Sequence record: MZ443780.1
Length of the DNA: 64,000 nt
Strand: one strand, 5' to 3'
The stretch's first letter is position 1, and each line of letters starts with the position of its first letter. Positions 9,321-19,658 of the stretch are shown one piece after another. The position numbers and the translations under genes are program-made. Under the pieces are notes generated by a model. It did no database searches. It saw only the letters and a program-made list of their open reading frames with translations, and was not told the origin of the DNA.

Positions 9321-10997
9321 TTACTGACTCAGCGTTGTGGAGGTGCTGCCTGTCGGGTTGATGTTGAAGCGATAGATCAGACGCTTGGTTGTACGCGTCG
9401 GGTCCAGCACGATATCCAGAATCAGATCGCCGTTAGCGATAGTCTGGTTCGTGTTGTTTGTATCGTCACACACTACGACATAGCCCTGAGAGCCAGAGCT
9501 ACCACTGCGCAGACCGCGAGCCAGTTTGATTTCTTCGAGGAACTTCTCAACGATTCCTTTGAGGAAACCGCGAAGAATATCATCGTTCGGATCAAACAGG
9601 CCGACTTTGCACGTTCTCTGGCAGACTTCGAGGACGTAGCCTACCATACGCTGGATCTGAATCTGCTGGAATGCAGAGTTCATATTGTACTGAGTGCTCG
9701 CTTCCCACACAGCGTAACCGCCACCCATGATAGCAGGCAGTTTACGAATGTAGTTCACTTGCTCACGCGTCATCGCATCACGGTCATCCTGATCGTACTT
9801 CTGAGCGATCTCTAAGATGTTCAGTGGGCTTGACGCAGTAATACCAGCAGGTGCAAACCAGCTACCACGGTTGTTGTCCGTGTACGCAAACACAGCACAG
9901 ATCTGACCTACACACGCAGTCCACAGGTAGCGACCGGTATCTTCATCGAAGATTTTGATATCAGGCGTATACAGTGCCATGTTGCTATCGTTGACGTTCA
10001 GAGTCTGACGACGGTAGCGAATCGCTTTCGACACAGACTGCTCGGCAGATGGAACGCCGCAGATAACGAAGCAGTTGATGTGCGGTGCAGCAGCAGCTTT
10101 CATACCACGATGCACGATGTAATCCTGAGTAGGACTAATCAGCAACGTTACACGCACTTCTTCAGGGTCACCGAAGTATTCCTGATACGCAGCAGCGATC
10201 TGGTCGGAACCAACAACGTCACCATCAGAGCCACCTTTGAAGAAGATGAAGTCAGAGGTGAAGAAGTCAATGTCCGTAGTGAAGTACGGGTTGCGAATGA
10301 AACGGAAGTTGGAGCTTTCGTTTTCCATCGCGTGATCGATACGATACTGACGCTCGAACTCATCGGCGTAATCGAACAGGCTGCACTGGTAAGAGTTTAC
10401 CGGGTTGCTGCCAGCTTGATAGTTCTCGTATTCGTCGATATAGAACAGTTTCGTGTTATATGACTTACGGTCATCGAATGGGTCAAGGCCGCGTGGCGTA
10501 GCAGGACGAATCTGCAATGCCATTTGGTTGTTCCAGTCGCCTGGGTTTTCCAGAATAACGTAACCGAGGATGTTGTCGTTCAACGGGTCAGTAGGCAGGA
10601 AGCCCAGCTGATCAGGAGAATCAACACCAACAACGTCGCCGTTATCATCGGTGTAAGGGGTAATGCGCACTACTGGTTGTACAGCAGACGCGTCATCGAC
10701 AGTAACCACACCGACCGCGTATTTTGCGTTCTTAGTGATACGGACGTATTTGAGCTGATTGGTCTGTTCTGACACAGGCAGCGCAAGGTACAAGCCGAGG
10801 CCATACTTGGGATCTTTTGCTCCGAAGATGTTTTTCAAATCATCTTTATTACGCACATCAACACGCTGGTTAACAGGACCGCGACGCGCCTGACCAACAA
10901 TGCCTACTACTGCCGTAGATAAAGACGTTGCACCAACGGAGAGATCCCGTTTGCCAGTATAAACACCAGCAGAGGAATGCGTTGAGTTAACGGGCAT
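9321..10997 (-). CDS. Contractile tail sheath protein
   Basis: Start at ATG 10997 (MPVNSTHSSAGVY, AAGGAG RBS). Typical sheath motifs VGIVGQARRGPVNQ, WFAPAG, IQIQR, FDPNDD and LILDIVLDPTR. Confidence 0.9.
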   Translation of the reverse strand: MPVNSTHSSAGVYTGKRDLSVGATSLSTAVVGIVGQARRGPVNQRVDVRNKDDLKNIFGAKDPKYGLGLYLALPVSEQTNQLKYVRITKNAKYAVGVVTVDDASAVQPVVRITPYTDDNGDVVGVDSPDQLGFLPTDPLNDNILGYVILENPGDWNNQMALQIRPATPRGLDPFDDRKSYNTKLFYIDEYENYQAGSNPVNSYQCSLFDYADEFERQYRIDHAMENESSNFRFIRNPYFTTDIDFFTSDFIFFKGGSDGDVVGSDQIAAAYQEYFGDPEEVRVTLLISPTQDYIVHRGMKAAAAPHINCFVICGVPSAEQSVSKAIRYRRQTLNVNDSNMALYTPDIKIFDEDTGRYLWTACVGQICAVFAYTDNNRGSWFAPAGITASSPLNILEIAQKYDQDDRDAMTREQVNYIRKLPAIMGGGYAVWEASTQYNMNSAFQQIQIQRMVGYVLEVCQRTCKVGLFDPNDDILRGFLKGIVEKFLEEIKLARGLRSGSSGSQGYVVVCDDTNNTNQTIANGDLILDIVLDPTRTTKRLIYRFNINPTGSTSTTLSQ

Positions 10998-11051
10998 GAT
11001 TTGTCTCCTTATATGACTGTGTGAAATTATCGTATAAGCGACAAGAAATGC

Positions 11052-11078
11052 AAAAGGGGCAGCCGAAGCCACCCCTTT
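11052..11078 (-). terminator. Terminator of the repeated GGGTGGC-TTCG-GCTGCCC family
   Basis: Hairpin with a cUUCGg loop and a T tract. Confidence 0.85.
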
Positions 11079-11080
11079 GT

Positions 11081-12136
11081 TTAGCAATCACAACCCACTG
11101 AATCAAAATCAAGTTTCAGGCCAGGATAGAGTTCATTGAACTCCGACAGCGCAACGTTGAAACCAGCAGCGTTAACGTGACCGTCACCACCTTGTGCGCG
11201 AGCAATGGCGCGAGCACTACCTGCATCACCATCTGAGTAACCACGAGAGCGACAGCTAACGTAAACACGATCTGGGTCACGATGACCTTTACGCACTAAC
11301 AGCACTGTCTGGAAGTGATGGTAGTTTTCGTAGACGTATGTGCCTGTTTCAGACGCGATACCCTTGTCGCACGGAACAACAGCGTGTTTCACCGGAACCA
11401 GATGATTGGGTTCAGAGAAGTAGCTGTTATCTGCGATCATCTGGCGAATCTTTTCGTCACGGATTTCAATGTTCTTGAATCCCTGCTCGATGATTTCTTC
11501 AACATTACCAGTCAGGATGATCTTGTGCGCAGCGCGAACGGTAGGAGGCATTTCAGTGTAGATGTGACCACACTTCTCAACCTCTTTGAATACCGTGTCA
11601 ACGTAGCCTTCGTAGAATGCGAACGCACGTTTGTTTGTGCGAATCCACAGGTCACGGTCAGACACCAGCTGGGCGATGCGAATGATGTTGTCAGTGCAAG
11701 CGTACTGGTGTTGCTGGAAGTCAGACACATGCGCCATGTACGCAAGCAACGCACCACTGCCACCAGCGGCAAACGTTAACTGACTCGGGCTGACGTCAAG
11801 GGCAGCACACTCTTTCGCGTACAGAGCAGCATCGCGGCAGTCATGGTGGTCAAGCACCTTGAAGTTACCGTGATAGCGACTGGTGAACAGTGCCATTTGA
11901 CGCTCGGATAAAGAGAAGTCAACTACAACAACGCGTTTATACAGCGCATCTTTACCGCCTTCAAGTCCGGGAATGTCTTCGATTCGGACATAATCAGCGG
12001 TAACTATATCCCCTTGGTCTTGTGCGTAGACAGCAGGGAGGAAGTGGATCGTATCGTTGGGATACGCAAGTGCTGTAATGGCAGCGGCGAAACTACCATC
12101 AGCACATCCTTGATGATAAACAACAAGTGTAGTCAT
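11081..12136 (-). CDS. DHH/DHHA1-family phosphoesterase (nano-RNase-like)
   Basis: YHQGCADG, VVDFS, LDHHD, SGALLAY, SDRDLW, GGDGHVNAAG. Confidence 0.8.
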   Translation of the reverse strand: MTTLVVYHQGCADGSFAAAITALAYPNDTIHFLPAVYAQDQGDIVTADYVRIEDIPGLEGGKDALYKRVVVVDFSLSERQMALFTSRYHGNFKVLDHHDCRDAALYAKECAALDVSPSQLTFAAGGSGALLAYMAHVSDFQQHQYACTDNIIRIAQLVSDRDLWIRTNKRAFAFYEGYVDTVFKEVEKCGHIYTEMPPTVRAAHKIILTGNVEEIIEQGFKNIEIRDEKIRQMIADNSYFSEPNHLVPVKHAVVPCDKGIASETGTYVYENYHHFQTVLLVRKGHRDPDRVYVSCRSRGYSDGDAGSARAIARAQGGDGHVNAAGFNVALSEFNELYPGLKLDFDSVGCDC

Positions 12137-12138
12137 GA

Positions 12139-13008
12139 CTAAACCCAGTGGTTATTAGAATTGTTTCCAGATTGGGCACCACGCGCATGAGCGATCATTT
12201 GGCGTAGCCCCTCCAACGTCTGCTCCAGAGTCACTCGGTAGTTCTCGTCAGCAACGTTCTCACCATAGTGGAAAGCCATAGTGAATAGCTGCCACTCGTT
12301 TGATTGACGCAAGGCTTGCATCTTACGGTAGAGATTTTCGCGGCGCTCACGAGCACGTAACAGGCGCTGAATTAAATTAAGAGGTTCGTGAGATTTTGCA
12401 CACAATTCGATATGAATTAGGTCAAGACCTTCGTAGTCCAGACGAGCAACAGCCTGCTTTGCATTCAGGAACAACTCACGGCGGCGAAGCTGTTCATCGT
12501 CGGACAGATTGCGGCATTTATCAGGATGCGTCATACGCGCGATTGCTTTGTAGATCGCCTTGCATTTACGAATAAGTTCAGCGCGGGACCAGCGTTCGTG
12601 CTCTGCCTGTGTATCGGCATCAGCTTCGTTATCACGCGTTTCGTGGTCTGTGTCTTCCTGCTCGAAGTTATCGTCCAGCAGCTTCTGCAAATCTTCCGCA
12701 TTGGCCTTATCTTCAAGGTCATCGGACTCTGCCATGTTGATGAGCAGCGCTTGCAGTTCTGCGTTAGCTCGCTCAATCTCCATGATTAGAGGTTTGTTGT
12801 TTTTGTTCAGCTTGTCAACGATTTTGGTAACACGCTCGCAGTCAGCACTGTAGCGCAGTTCAAGCGCCGCTACTTCTTCCAGGATTTCTTCGAGTGTCTC
12901 ACCGCCCTCAGATTCAAGGGCTTCAAACTCGGCTTCTTCGTCAAATGCGACATCCGAGATGATCAGTGCGGTTTGTTGAGGGATAACCATCAACTGAGTA
13001 TTTGTCAT
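12139..13008 (-). CDS. J-domain (DnaJ-like) protein with an acidic coiled-coil N-terminus
   Basis: IYKAIARMTHPDK...RELFLNAKQA: HPD motif in a helical J-domain context. Confidence 0.7.
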   Translation of the reverse strand: MTNTQLMVIPQQTALIISDVAFDEEAEFEALESEGGETLEEILEEVAALELRYSADCERVTKIVDKLNKNNKPLIMEIERANAELQALLINMAESDDLEDKANAEDLQKLLDDNFEQEDTDHETRDNEADADTQAEHERWSRAELIRKCKAIYKAIARMTHPDKCRNLSDDEQLRRRELFLNAKQAVARLDYEGLDLIHIELCAKSHEPLNLIQRLLRARERRENLYRKMQALRQSNEWQLFTMAFHYGENVADENYRVTLEQTLEGLRQMIAHARGAQSGNNSNNHWV

Positions 13009-13199
13009 GGGCGAGTCAGCTCCGAAAGTGGTTTAGCTACCAGCTCTGCAATGCGCTGTGGGCACTGTGGGTTGCGCTTCAAGTTCTTGTGCAACCAATG
13101 CAAGTTGTTACCTGACGCAGACACCTCAGCGCGGAAGCTAGGCAGTTTAAGTGCGTCACGATGTTCGGCCAACAGTGCATTCAGTTCATTCAGTAACAT
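13005..13199 (-). CDS. Hypothetical protein
   Basis: 64 aa, ATGA overlap with the downstream gene. Confidence 0.6.
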   Translation of the reverse strand: MLLNELNALLAEHRDALKLPSFRAEVSASGNNLHWLHKNLKRNPQCPQRIAELVAKPLSELTRP

Positions 13200-13208
13200 T
13201 GTTTTTCC

Positions 13209-13829
13209 TTAAAGAGAAGAAGTCATGAGTTCGAGAACGTTTGAAACTACATGCGCAGGACCGATTGAAATTCCAGTGTGCGCCTGTAGATGAATACGTT
13301 TGGTGAAAAGCTCTAACGGGTCAGGACCGCCACCAGTAACTACGATGCGCGGTATCTTGGGAAACATCTCAAGGATATCACGCAGTCGTTCAATCTTATA
13401 GCTTGTGCTGTCCATCGTTACGTTGGTCAACACTAACAATGACGGTCGCTTGCTTTTGAGTTGTTCGTAGTCGAAGCGATCACCATACAGCGTTACCCAG
13501 CGAGGCTTGAGTGCAGTTGCCTCGCTATCCTCTACAGCAGCATTGAAGATATTCAGCGCTGCCATTTTCGCACGGTAGTCATTCGGGAAACTACTAATCA
13601 CCGTAATGCGTGGGTCCATTGCGAATGGGTTTGTAATCATCTTGGCTAAGTGTTGAAGTTGTTTTGTCTTCGAGAACACTCGGCCTTTAAAGTAAGGAGA
13701 CAGCGGCTTATAGTCCTGCGCTGCCTCTACTACGTCGAAGGTTTCACGTTTGCCAAACAGCAGCTGGGGGTCTACACCAAGCGTCTGCATTTGCTTTGCC
13801 GCAGCAGGTTCAAAATCGAATGTTAACAC
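13209..13829 (-). CDS. Hypothetical protein, possibly a degenerate P-loop/helicase-loader-like fold
   Basis: 206 aa with a GTG start; alpha/beta pattern (SLLVLTNV, PRIVV) but no intact Walker A. Confidence 0.35.
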   Translation of the reverse strand: MLTFDFEPAAAKQMQTLGVDPQLLFGKRETFDVVEAAQDYKPLSPYFKGRVFSKTKQLQHLAKMITNPFAMDPRITVISSFPNDYRAKMAALNIFNAAVEDSEATALKPRWVTLYGDRFDYEQLKSKRPSLLVLTNVTMDSTSYKIERLRDILEMFPKIPRIVVTGGGPDPLELFTKRIHLQAHTGISIGPAHVVSNVLELMTSSL

Positions 13830-13846
13830 AATACCCTCCGTTATTC

Positions 13847-14185
13847 TTATTGGGTATTTACAGAATCCAGAACTTCTTGTACTACCTTAAATTTGACTTC
13901 CATGCGCTTAAAATCAGGCAAAGAGCGATGCCCATATCCTGGGTACAGTTCAGCGAATTTCGAATCGACAGATTGTGGGACGATCTCAGCCTGAATAGAC
14001 TCAAACAAGACTACGTTCGGTAAATGGAGAACACCAGCAACGACAAAATCCTCAATCACAGGTTTAGCCTTAGAGTCGCGTTCGTAGCGCTTGCACATAT
14101 TGTTCATGTGCGCTTCGATAGCGTCAATAACTTTGCGGGCCAGAACATCCGGCAGATTAAGATCATAGACAGTCGAGTATTGCAT
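13847..14185 (-). CDS. Hypothetical protein
   Basis: 112 aa, GGAG RBS, packed in the operon. Confidence 0.6.
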   Translation of the reverse strand: MQYSTVYDLNLPDVLARKVIDAIEAHMNNMCKRYERDSKAKPVIEDFVVAGVLHLPNVVLFESIQAEIVPQSVDSKFAELYPGYGHRSLPDFKRMEVKFKVVQEVLDSVNTQ

Positions 14186-14201
14186 GGTGTTCTCCGGGTT
14201 A

Positions 14202-14570
14202 TTACATCAGTGGCATTTGCGGATCGACATACGTGTATTCAAACACGATGTTCCAACCGGATGCAGTTTGTTTGTTTTCGTGGAAGCGGAATCCATAGAA
14301 CATCAGAATACCGCGATGACCATCAAGCGTAGGCTCGTACTCAGTGTAAGCTGTTTCGAGTTTCATCTTGGCTGCGATGCTTTCTGACCAGGCATCGAAA
14401 TCGAACGGACCCTCAGGAACTTCCCAAGAGACTGTATGCTTAGGCCAGTGAGAGGCTTGCATGTCAGTGTCTTTAGAAATCCAGTCAAGGTGATTCAGGT
14501 CCATGTGATACGCGACAGCGCGAGGGATGCCGTGCTCGGTCATGTAACGCTGCAATTGATCAAGACGCAT
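14202..14570 (-). CDS. Hypothetical protein
   Basis: 122 aa, packed in the operon. Confidence 0.6.
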   Translation of the reverse strand: MRLDQLQRYMTEHGIPRAVAYHMDLNHLDWISKDTDMQASHWPKHTVSWEVPEGPFDFDAWSESIAAKMKLETAYTEYEPTLDGHRGILMFYGFRFHENKQTASGWNIVFEYTYVDPQMPLM

Positions 14571-14883
14571 TGCATGTTTCCTTAATGTTGCGTGGGAATG
14601 CAGTCACATTGATGAGCGTTGTGTCTGCTTGGTGTTCGTGCGGCACACTTTCATGCGACACAATCCAAACATTCGTTACTTCAAGTTTGTTGCGCAGTGC
14701 AAGCAACAGGTGAGAAGCAATCGAAATAGGATGGACGTAGTTGGACACAGTGATAGAGACAGCAACTGCCTCAGCTTCATGTGTCTTTTCTTTTCCATCC
14801 CACAGTTCAACGCTCATGGACTGACGGGCGGCCTCACTCTTTAGCGTGTCCATATCGAGAGTGTGGTGTAAACGCTCTTTCAT
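14560..14883 (-). CDS. Hypothetical protein
   Basis: Start probably MKERL at 14883 (GGAG RBS). Confidence 0.55.
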   Translation of the reverse strand: MKERLHHTLDMDTLKSEAARQSMSVELWDGKEKTHEAEAVAVSITVSNYVHPISIASHLLLALRNKLEVTNVWIVSHESVPHEHQADTTLINVTAFPRNIKETCNAS

Positions 14884-14923
14884 TTTAAACTCCGTATAGT
14901 CTGACAAAGAGACAGTCTATAAA

Positions 14924-15415
14924 TTAGAGAGCGAGACCCTTCAGGAGCAGACGGGCAGCAGCCGTGAACTGTTTCTTTTTCAGATCAGGCAACTTGTTGT
15001 AACGGTCGATGATATCAGCAAGACCGATATCGTTTTCATCATCGACCACGTTTTCTTCATCGTCCACATAGCGACCTTCTTGACCAGCAACACCAGTATC
15101 ACCCTTCTGCCAGTTAGCTTTAGTAACAGTCAACAGGAAGCTGCCACGGCATTCTTCTTTATGGCCGCCGATAGTGACAGGCAAACGAACCATAGTGTGA
15201 TTGAGGTCTGCAATGCGCTGCACAGCAAAGCCATCTGGATAAGAGGCAAACACAGTAGACAGATCGATATCTGCCTTATTGCCAGGCGCAGGTGACTTAA
15301 GGACGAAATTCACACGGAATGTTTCGCCGCCATTAACATCATACTGTCCGTCCATGAGGACTTTCTCATTAGCACGAAGCGTATTAACAATAACTGTCTG
15401 AACAGGATCGAACAT
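14924..15415 (-). CDS. Hypothetical protein
   Basis: 163 aa, packed in the operon. Confidence 0.6.
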   Translation of the reverse strand: MFDPVQTVIVNTLRANEKVLMDGQYDVNGGETFRVNFVLKSPAPGNKADIDLSTVFASYPDGFAVQRIADLNHTMVRLPVTIGGHKEECRGSFLLTVTKANWQKGDTGVAGQEGRYVDDEENVVDDENDIGLADIIDRYNKLPDLKKKQFTAAARLLLKGLAL

Positions 15416-15417
15416 GA

Positions 15418-15900
15418 TTACTTCCTCAGGTAGTCTGCCAGCATAGCAATGTGATTGCTAATCATTTTCTTCTGGTCAGGGGTGAGTTGACTGTACGGCG
15501 GCAGGTCAGGATAGACGCCCTGCATAGCCAGATAGGTTGTCTGTATGTCTGCCTCTGGGCGCTTGCCGACACAGAACACACAGTCTTTGAATATATACGA
15601 AGGCGGGCAACCGAATGGCGCTTCGATAACTTCAACCCTATCGCAAGACACGAGCATCAAGCAGTTACCGAAAGTTTTGATCACGTCTTTCAGCCCAACA
15701 ACTTTCAGCTTCTCGTAAGTAGCATCAATCAAGCTGGTGGCTGCACCCTCGATAGAAACGTTAACTGTCAAGTCAAGTGTTGCTGTAGCAGCACCAAGAA
15801 CAGATTGGTTAACGAGGGTAATGCCCTCCTCCGTGAGGGCACGACGCAGTATAGCTTCGAAGCCACTCTGCGGTTTAGGTTTTACTTCATGAAGATTCAT
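15418..15900 (-). CDS. Hypothetical protein
   Basis: 160 aa, start overlaps the helicase stop codon. Confidence 0.6.
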   Translation of the reverse strand: MNLHEVKPKPQSGFEAILRRALTEEGITLVNQSVLGAATATLDLTVNVSIEGAATSLIDATYEKLKVVGLKDVIKTFGNCLMLVSCDRVEVIEAPFGCPPSYIFKDCVFCVGKRPEADIQTTYLAMQGVYPDLPPYSQLTPDQKKMISNHIAMLADYLRK

Positions 15901-17501
15901 CAGAATCGCCTCATGCCTAAGTTAGAAGGCTGGCCTTTGACTTTCGCTTCTGGTTCGAAGTAGTCAGGCAGCTCACTATCAAGCGCCTCACTTCTCGACA
16001 CAACTCCCATCCAGTCACGCAGTTTCTTCGGTGTACGCTTCGCTTTCGCATACCCGAACTTCCAGCACATCTTGAGAACGGAACGAGCACACTGCATCGA
16101 GCGATCCATCTTCGGATCAATGAACATACGAATAACAGGTGTGCGCTTGTTTTCCATCGGCGTCAGAATACGACACGATTCCTGTTTCCAGTTCGGCTCG
16201 TTGTTCATCGGCATGATGTAGTACAGCGTGTCCCACTTAGGAACGTTCAGGCCGCGCTGCATCAGCTTGCGCATACCAACAACGCAGCGTATCTTACCTG
16301 CTCGCGCTGCATCAATGATAGGCTTACGCTTCTTCGCTTCTTTCGCACCGCCAAGGAACACAGCAGCAACTTCATCCATGTAATGCTCATTGATACGCTG
16401 CACAAGACGTCTGGCCTGATCAGTGAACATGATTGGGATTGCGATACTTCGACCAGCATCGAGGTCTTTGATAATCCATTCAAAGATCTTATCGTTACGG
16501 TCTGGATGGTTCGCAAGGAACTTACAGAATCGCACCCAACCACTTTTGTTGTTATAGTTCGCTTTCGACTGCACTCGGTTCGAAGTCTTATGCAACGTTA
16601 CTTTCGGCACAAGCTCCTCAACGAACGCTTCGGCAATCACAGGCCCGAAGATAGATTCAATCAGGTAGTGACGACCGTCTTTACGCTTCGGTGTTGCAGT
16701 CAGACCAAAACGATACTTCATTTTGAGCGATGCCAGTACGCGGCTATAACAGCTTGCGTTACCAGCATGACACTCATCGACGAACAGCGTACCGTAGTTC
16801 TCGTTCAGCAACTTGAGTCGCTTCTTCGAGTTCTTACTGTCAGAGATCAGAGACTGATAGGTCACGAGGATAATCTGGAAGTTTTTATAATCGTCCAGAG
16901 TCTTCGGGAACCCGTACAGCTTCTTACCGTGCTTCTCTTCCAGCTCAGGCAAGTTCGTCATCGCTTCGATAGTCTCTAAGAAACCATCAAGGAAGTCTTT
17001 CTGGTCTGCCATAATGACAGTGCGGAAACCAGAGTGACATGCACCAGCAGTACCGATAACAGTCTTACCAGAACGAGGCGGTGCTTTGAATACACCACAC
17101 AGTTCGCCGAACATCTTCTCGAACGGTTCTTCCTGATACTCACGCAGCTTACCAGTGAACTTCACTTTATAATCATACGGCACACGGCTCGTACCGTTGA
17201 CGAACTTCACTTCTTTCAGGCTTAGCCCTGCTGTCTTTTCGAAGCGGTGCATCTCACCATACGGGATTGACACATAACGCTTACCCTTAATCTCAGAGTA
17301 TTTGGCCAGCACGGTTATATCAAGCAGACCGCCCTTAGAACATTGACGACATTCTTCGGACGGTCGTATAGAACGATACTCACAGTTCTTGCACACGGCA
17401 TTTTCGAACTCATAGTGAGTCATCTTCTTGATGATGTTGTCAGCGTCTACAACCTTAACTGGAATGTGCAGACGGCTATCGACCAATACTTTGGCAGTCA
17501 C
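15900..17501 (-). CDS. Superfamily 2 DNA helicase (UvsW/SSL2-like)
   Basis: LREYQ (Q motif), APPRSGKT, VDECH, GLTATPKRKDG, QRGLNVP; N-terminal CxxC...CxxC. Confidence 0.88.
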   Translation of the reverse strand: MTAKVLVDSRLHIPVKVVDADNIIKKMTHYEFENAVCKNCEYRSIRPSEECRQCSKGGLLDITVLAKYSEIKGKRYVSIPYGEMHRFEKTAGLSLKEVKFVNGTSRVPYDYKVKFTGKLREYQEEPFEKMFGELCGVFKAPPRSGKTVIGTAGACHSGFRTVIMADQKDFLDGFLETIEAMTNLPELEEKHGKKLYGFPKTLDDYKNFQIILVTYQSLISDSKNSKKRLKLLNENYGTLFVDECHAGNASCYSRVLASLKMKYRFGLTATPKRKDGRHYLIESIFGPVIAEAFVEELVPKVTLHKTSNRVQSKANYNNKSGWVRFCKFLANHPDRNDKIFEWIIKDLDAGRSIAIPIMFTDQARRLVQRINEHYMDEVAAVFLGGAKEAKKRKPIIDAARAGKIRCVVGMRKLMQRGLNVPKWDTLYYIMPMNNEPNWKQESCRILTPMENKRTPVIRMFIDPKMDRSMQCARSVLKMCWKFGYAKAKRTPKKLRDWMGVVSRSEALDSELPDYFEPEAKVKGQPSNLGMRRF

Positions 17502-17503
17502 AT

Positions 17504-18049
17504 CTATTTCCTTGAGTTCGGGAGACCGTATTCACGCTGATTGATAAGGCTCATCGTATCGACGAGTGCGCGGTAAGCAAACCCACACTTGTCAATGTCC
17601 TTGATATACAGGTCAAGCTCTTCCTTGAGCATCCCCAGCTGATCAGCGTAACGATAATACTCGGCCATAATGTTTCTGACACAGCGCTCACGTTCTTTCG
17701 CAGCGCCGACGGCTTTCAGATCTTTCGCATACGTGACCGAGGCGTAGTCCTGAAATCTCTCCAGCATATCATTTAACAGTTTTGAGGCTGTATGGATGTG
17801 CGTCAGGATCTCAGTCATACGGCTTCGGTACGATTGATCTTGAATTATCGACTCTGCAACCTTGTTCAGAGAGTTAGGGTCAGAGACATTGAGCGTTCTG
17901 ACCTTACGCATCTTGAACAGCTTACGCGCTTCATCCTGCAACTCTGCCAAAGGCTGCTGGAAGATATCGTTGGTCTTATAGATATCGCGTAGCTTTTTGT
18001 AGCGCTTGTCGTTCTTGACCTTTAATCGGATTCGCTTTAGGTCGTCCAT
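17504..18049 (-). CDS. Hypothetical helical protein (possibly recombination-mediator-like)
   Basis: 181 aa, predicted all-helical; adjacent to the SF2 helicase. Function inferred from context only. Confidence 0.35.
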   Translation of the reverse strand: MDDLKRIRLKVKNDKRYKKLRDIYKTNDIFQQPLAELQDEARKLFKMRKVRTLNVSDPNSLNKVAESIIQDQSYRSRMTEILTHIHTASKLLNDMLERFQDYASVTYAKDLKAVGAAKERERCVRNIMAEYYRYADQLGMLKEELDLYIKDIDKCGFAYRALVDTMSLINQREYGLPNSRK

Positions 18050-18483
18050 TAATCACCTTTATCAGTTACAAGCAGAGGGCTATCTGGCGTCTTGTTTGGC
18101 ATTGCAAAGAAACTGCCGTGGTTGTCTTGATAGATCAACAGACCGCCAGAAGGACCTTCAATAGGGCAGGTGAAGTTGAATAACTTTTCGAGTGGCGGCA
18201 TATAGCCTACAGACACATCGTTAAACGTACACCACTTCGCGGAGATTTCAAGCAACGAACCAACGACTGTATCGGCAAGACGCAGATACGATTGCTTGAA
18301 GTGATAGCCGTGTTCGATTGGTGCGACGCTATCAATCTCAAGCGAGTCACCATACACAGCTTTATAAATCAGACAGAAACGACGACGCCCACGCGGGGCA
18401 TTAGGTATTTCATACAGTACATCATGTATGAGTGATGAAACGTCCCCAACGAGGACGTTTTTCTTTACTACCAGATCAATCAT
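18049..18483 (-). CDS. Hypothetical protein
   Basis: 144 aa, overlapping start and stop codons on both sides. Confidence 0.6.
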   Translation of the reverse strand: MIDLVVKKNVLVGDVSSLIHDVLYEIPNAPRGRRRFCLIYKAVYGDSLEIDSVAPIEHGYHFKQSYLRLADTVVGSLLEISAKWCTFNDVSVGYMPPLEKLFNFTCPIEGPSGGLLIYQDNHGSFFAMPNKTPDSPLLVTDKGD

Positions 18484-19658
18484 GCTGGCAGGTAACCGAA
18501 GTACAACAGCGTGTAGCCTTCGAACTTGTAGTTCAGACTAAACGCGTTCAGGCTATTGATGCTGCTACCGTGGAAGCCCATGTTGTGACGTTCTTCACGA
18601 CCGATGTTACGCAGCAACTCACGGAAGATACGCATGTCGAGAGAAGTAGTGAACTCTTTCTCAATCGGCTTCGCAAGTTTCAAGCTGTCCTGAACAGAAC
18701 CGCTATCGTTGCCAAACTTGAGTCGGAACTCCTGCTTCTTGATATGCAGCTTCGCGTTCGTGTTACCCTTCTTCTCGATCAGTGTCGAGATGTTAGCGAA
18801 CGGTGCAGACAGGTCGCCCTTAACAACACAACCCAACAGCGGCTTACCGAGTTGAGCAATCATGTTGTCCATGTAGCGATAGTCTTCATCGCTTGCCTGA
18901 ATAGGCGGCAGCGTCAGAACGAACGATTCAGCTTCGGCAGCGAATGAACTGCTATCAACGTGGAACGTTACCTTCTCTTCACCGCAGAAGCGATACACGA
19001 GGTCGAACATCTCGCCGGTCATACTGAAACGGAACGGCTGCACTTTCTTTTTCAAGTCAGCACGATAACGAGAAGACGTCCAGTGGCCAGGGCTAACGAG
19101 GCTCAGGCTTGAACCATCGCAGATAACACGACACATCACGGTCTGACCTGTGATTGTATCTTTCAGACGCGTCATCTTAACGCCCTGAGTCATCGCGTCG
19201 ATTACTTCGCGTGTCATCTCATGACCGCCGCTCAAGTGGTGACGCAGACCCTGCTCAACCATTGGGATTTGCTCGGCAGATACAGGACGCAGTTTAACTT
19301 CGGACTTGTACTTGCCTTTCTGCTCGCTGATATGCAGCATCTTACCGTCGAACTCAACGTTCAGCTCTTTACGCTTGCTGATCAGGCCGCCGAGTTGAAT
19401 TGGGTCGATGTTCATGATCGTATCTTCATCGGCAACTGCACCGGGAACGAGATACGCAACGAACGTATCAGGTGTACGACCGAGAATGAACACGTCACCC
19501 TTATAGGTGACTAACAGGTGGATGTGCGTCAGCTTGTCGTCCGACTCGGAGAAACGAGTTACGCTATCCACGCGTTTGAGAATGTCCGACAGGAAAGTAC
19601 CGTTCAACGTGATGTTGCATTTCTTAGCGGGGTTCTTCGGTAATCGACAAGTCTTCAT
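18480..19658 (-). CDS. Probable DNA sliding clamp (Pol III beta-like)
   Basis: 392 aa, about the size of DnaN, with a repeating beta/alpha pattern; directly downstream of the polymerase, and a DnaX-type loader is present in the window. Confidence 0.55.
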   Translation of the reverse strand: MKTCRLPKNPAKKCNITLNGTFLSDILKRVDSVTRFSESDDKLTHIHLLVTYKGDVFILGRTPDTFVAYLVPGAVADEDTIMNIDPIQLGGLISKRKELNVEFDGKMLHISEQKGKYKSEVKLRPVSAEQIPMVEQGLRHHLSGGHEMTREVIDAMTQGVKMTRLKDTITGQTVMCRVICDGSSLSLVSPGHWTSSRYRADLKKKVQPFRFSMTGEMFDLVYRFCGEEKVTFHVDSSSFAAEAESFVLTLPPIQASDEDYRYMDNMIAQLGKPLLGCVVKGDLSAPFANISTLIEKKGNTNAKLHIKKQEFRLKFGNDSGSVQDSLKLAKPIEKEFTTSLDMRIFRELLRNIGREERHNMGFHGSSINSLNAFSLNYKFEGYTLLYFGYLPA

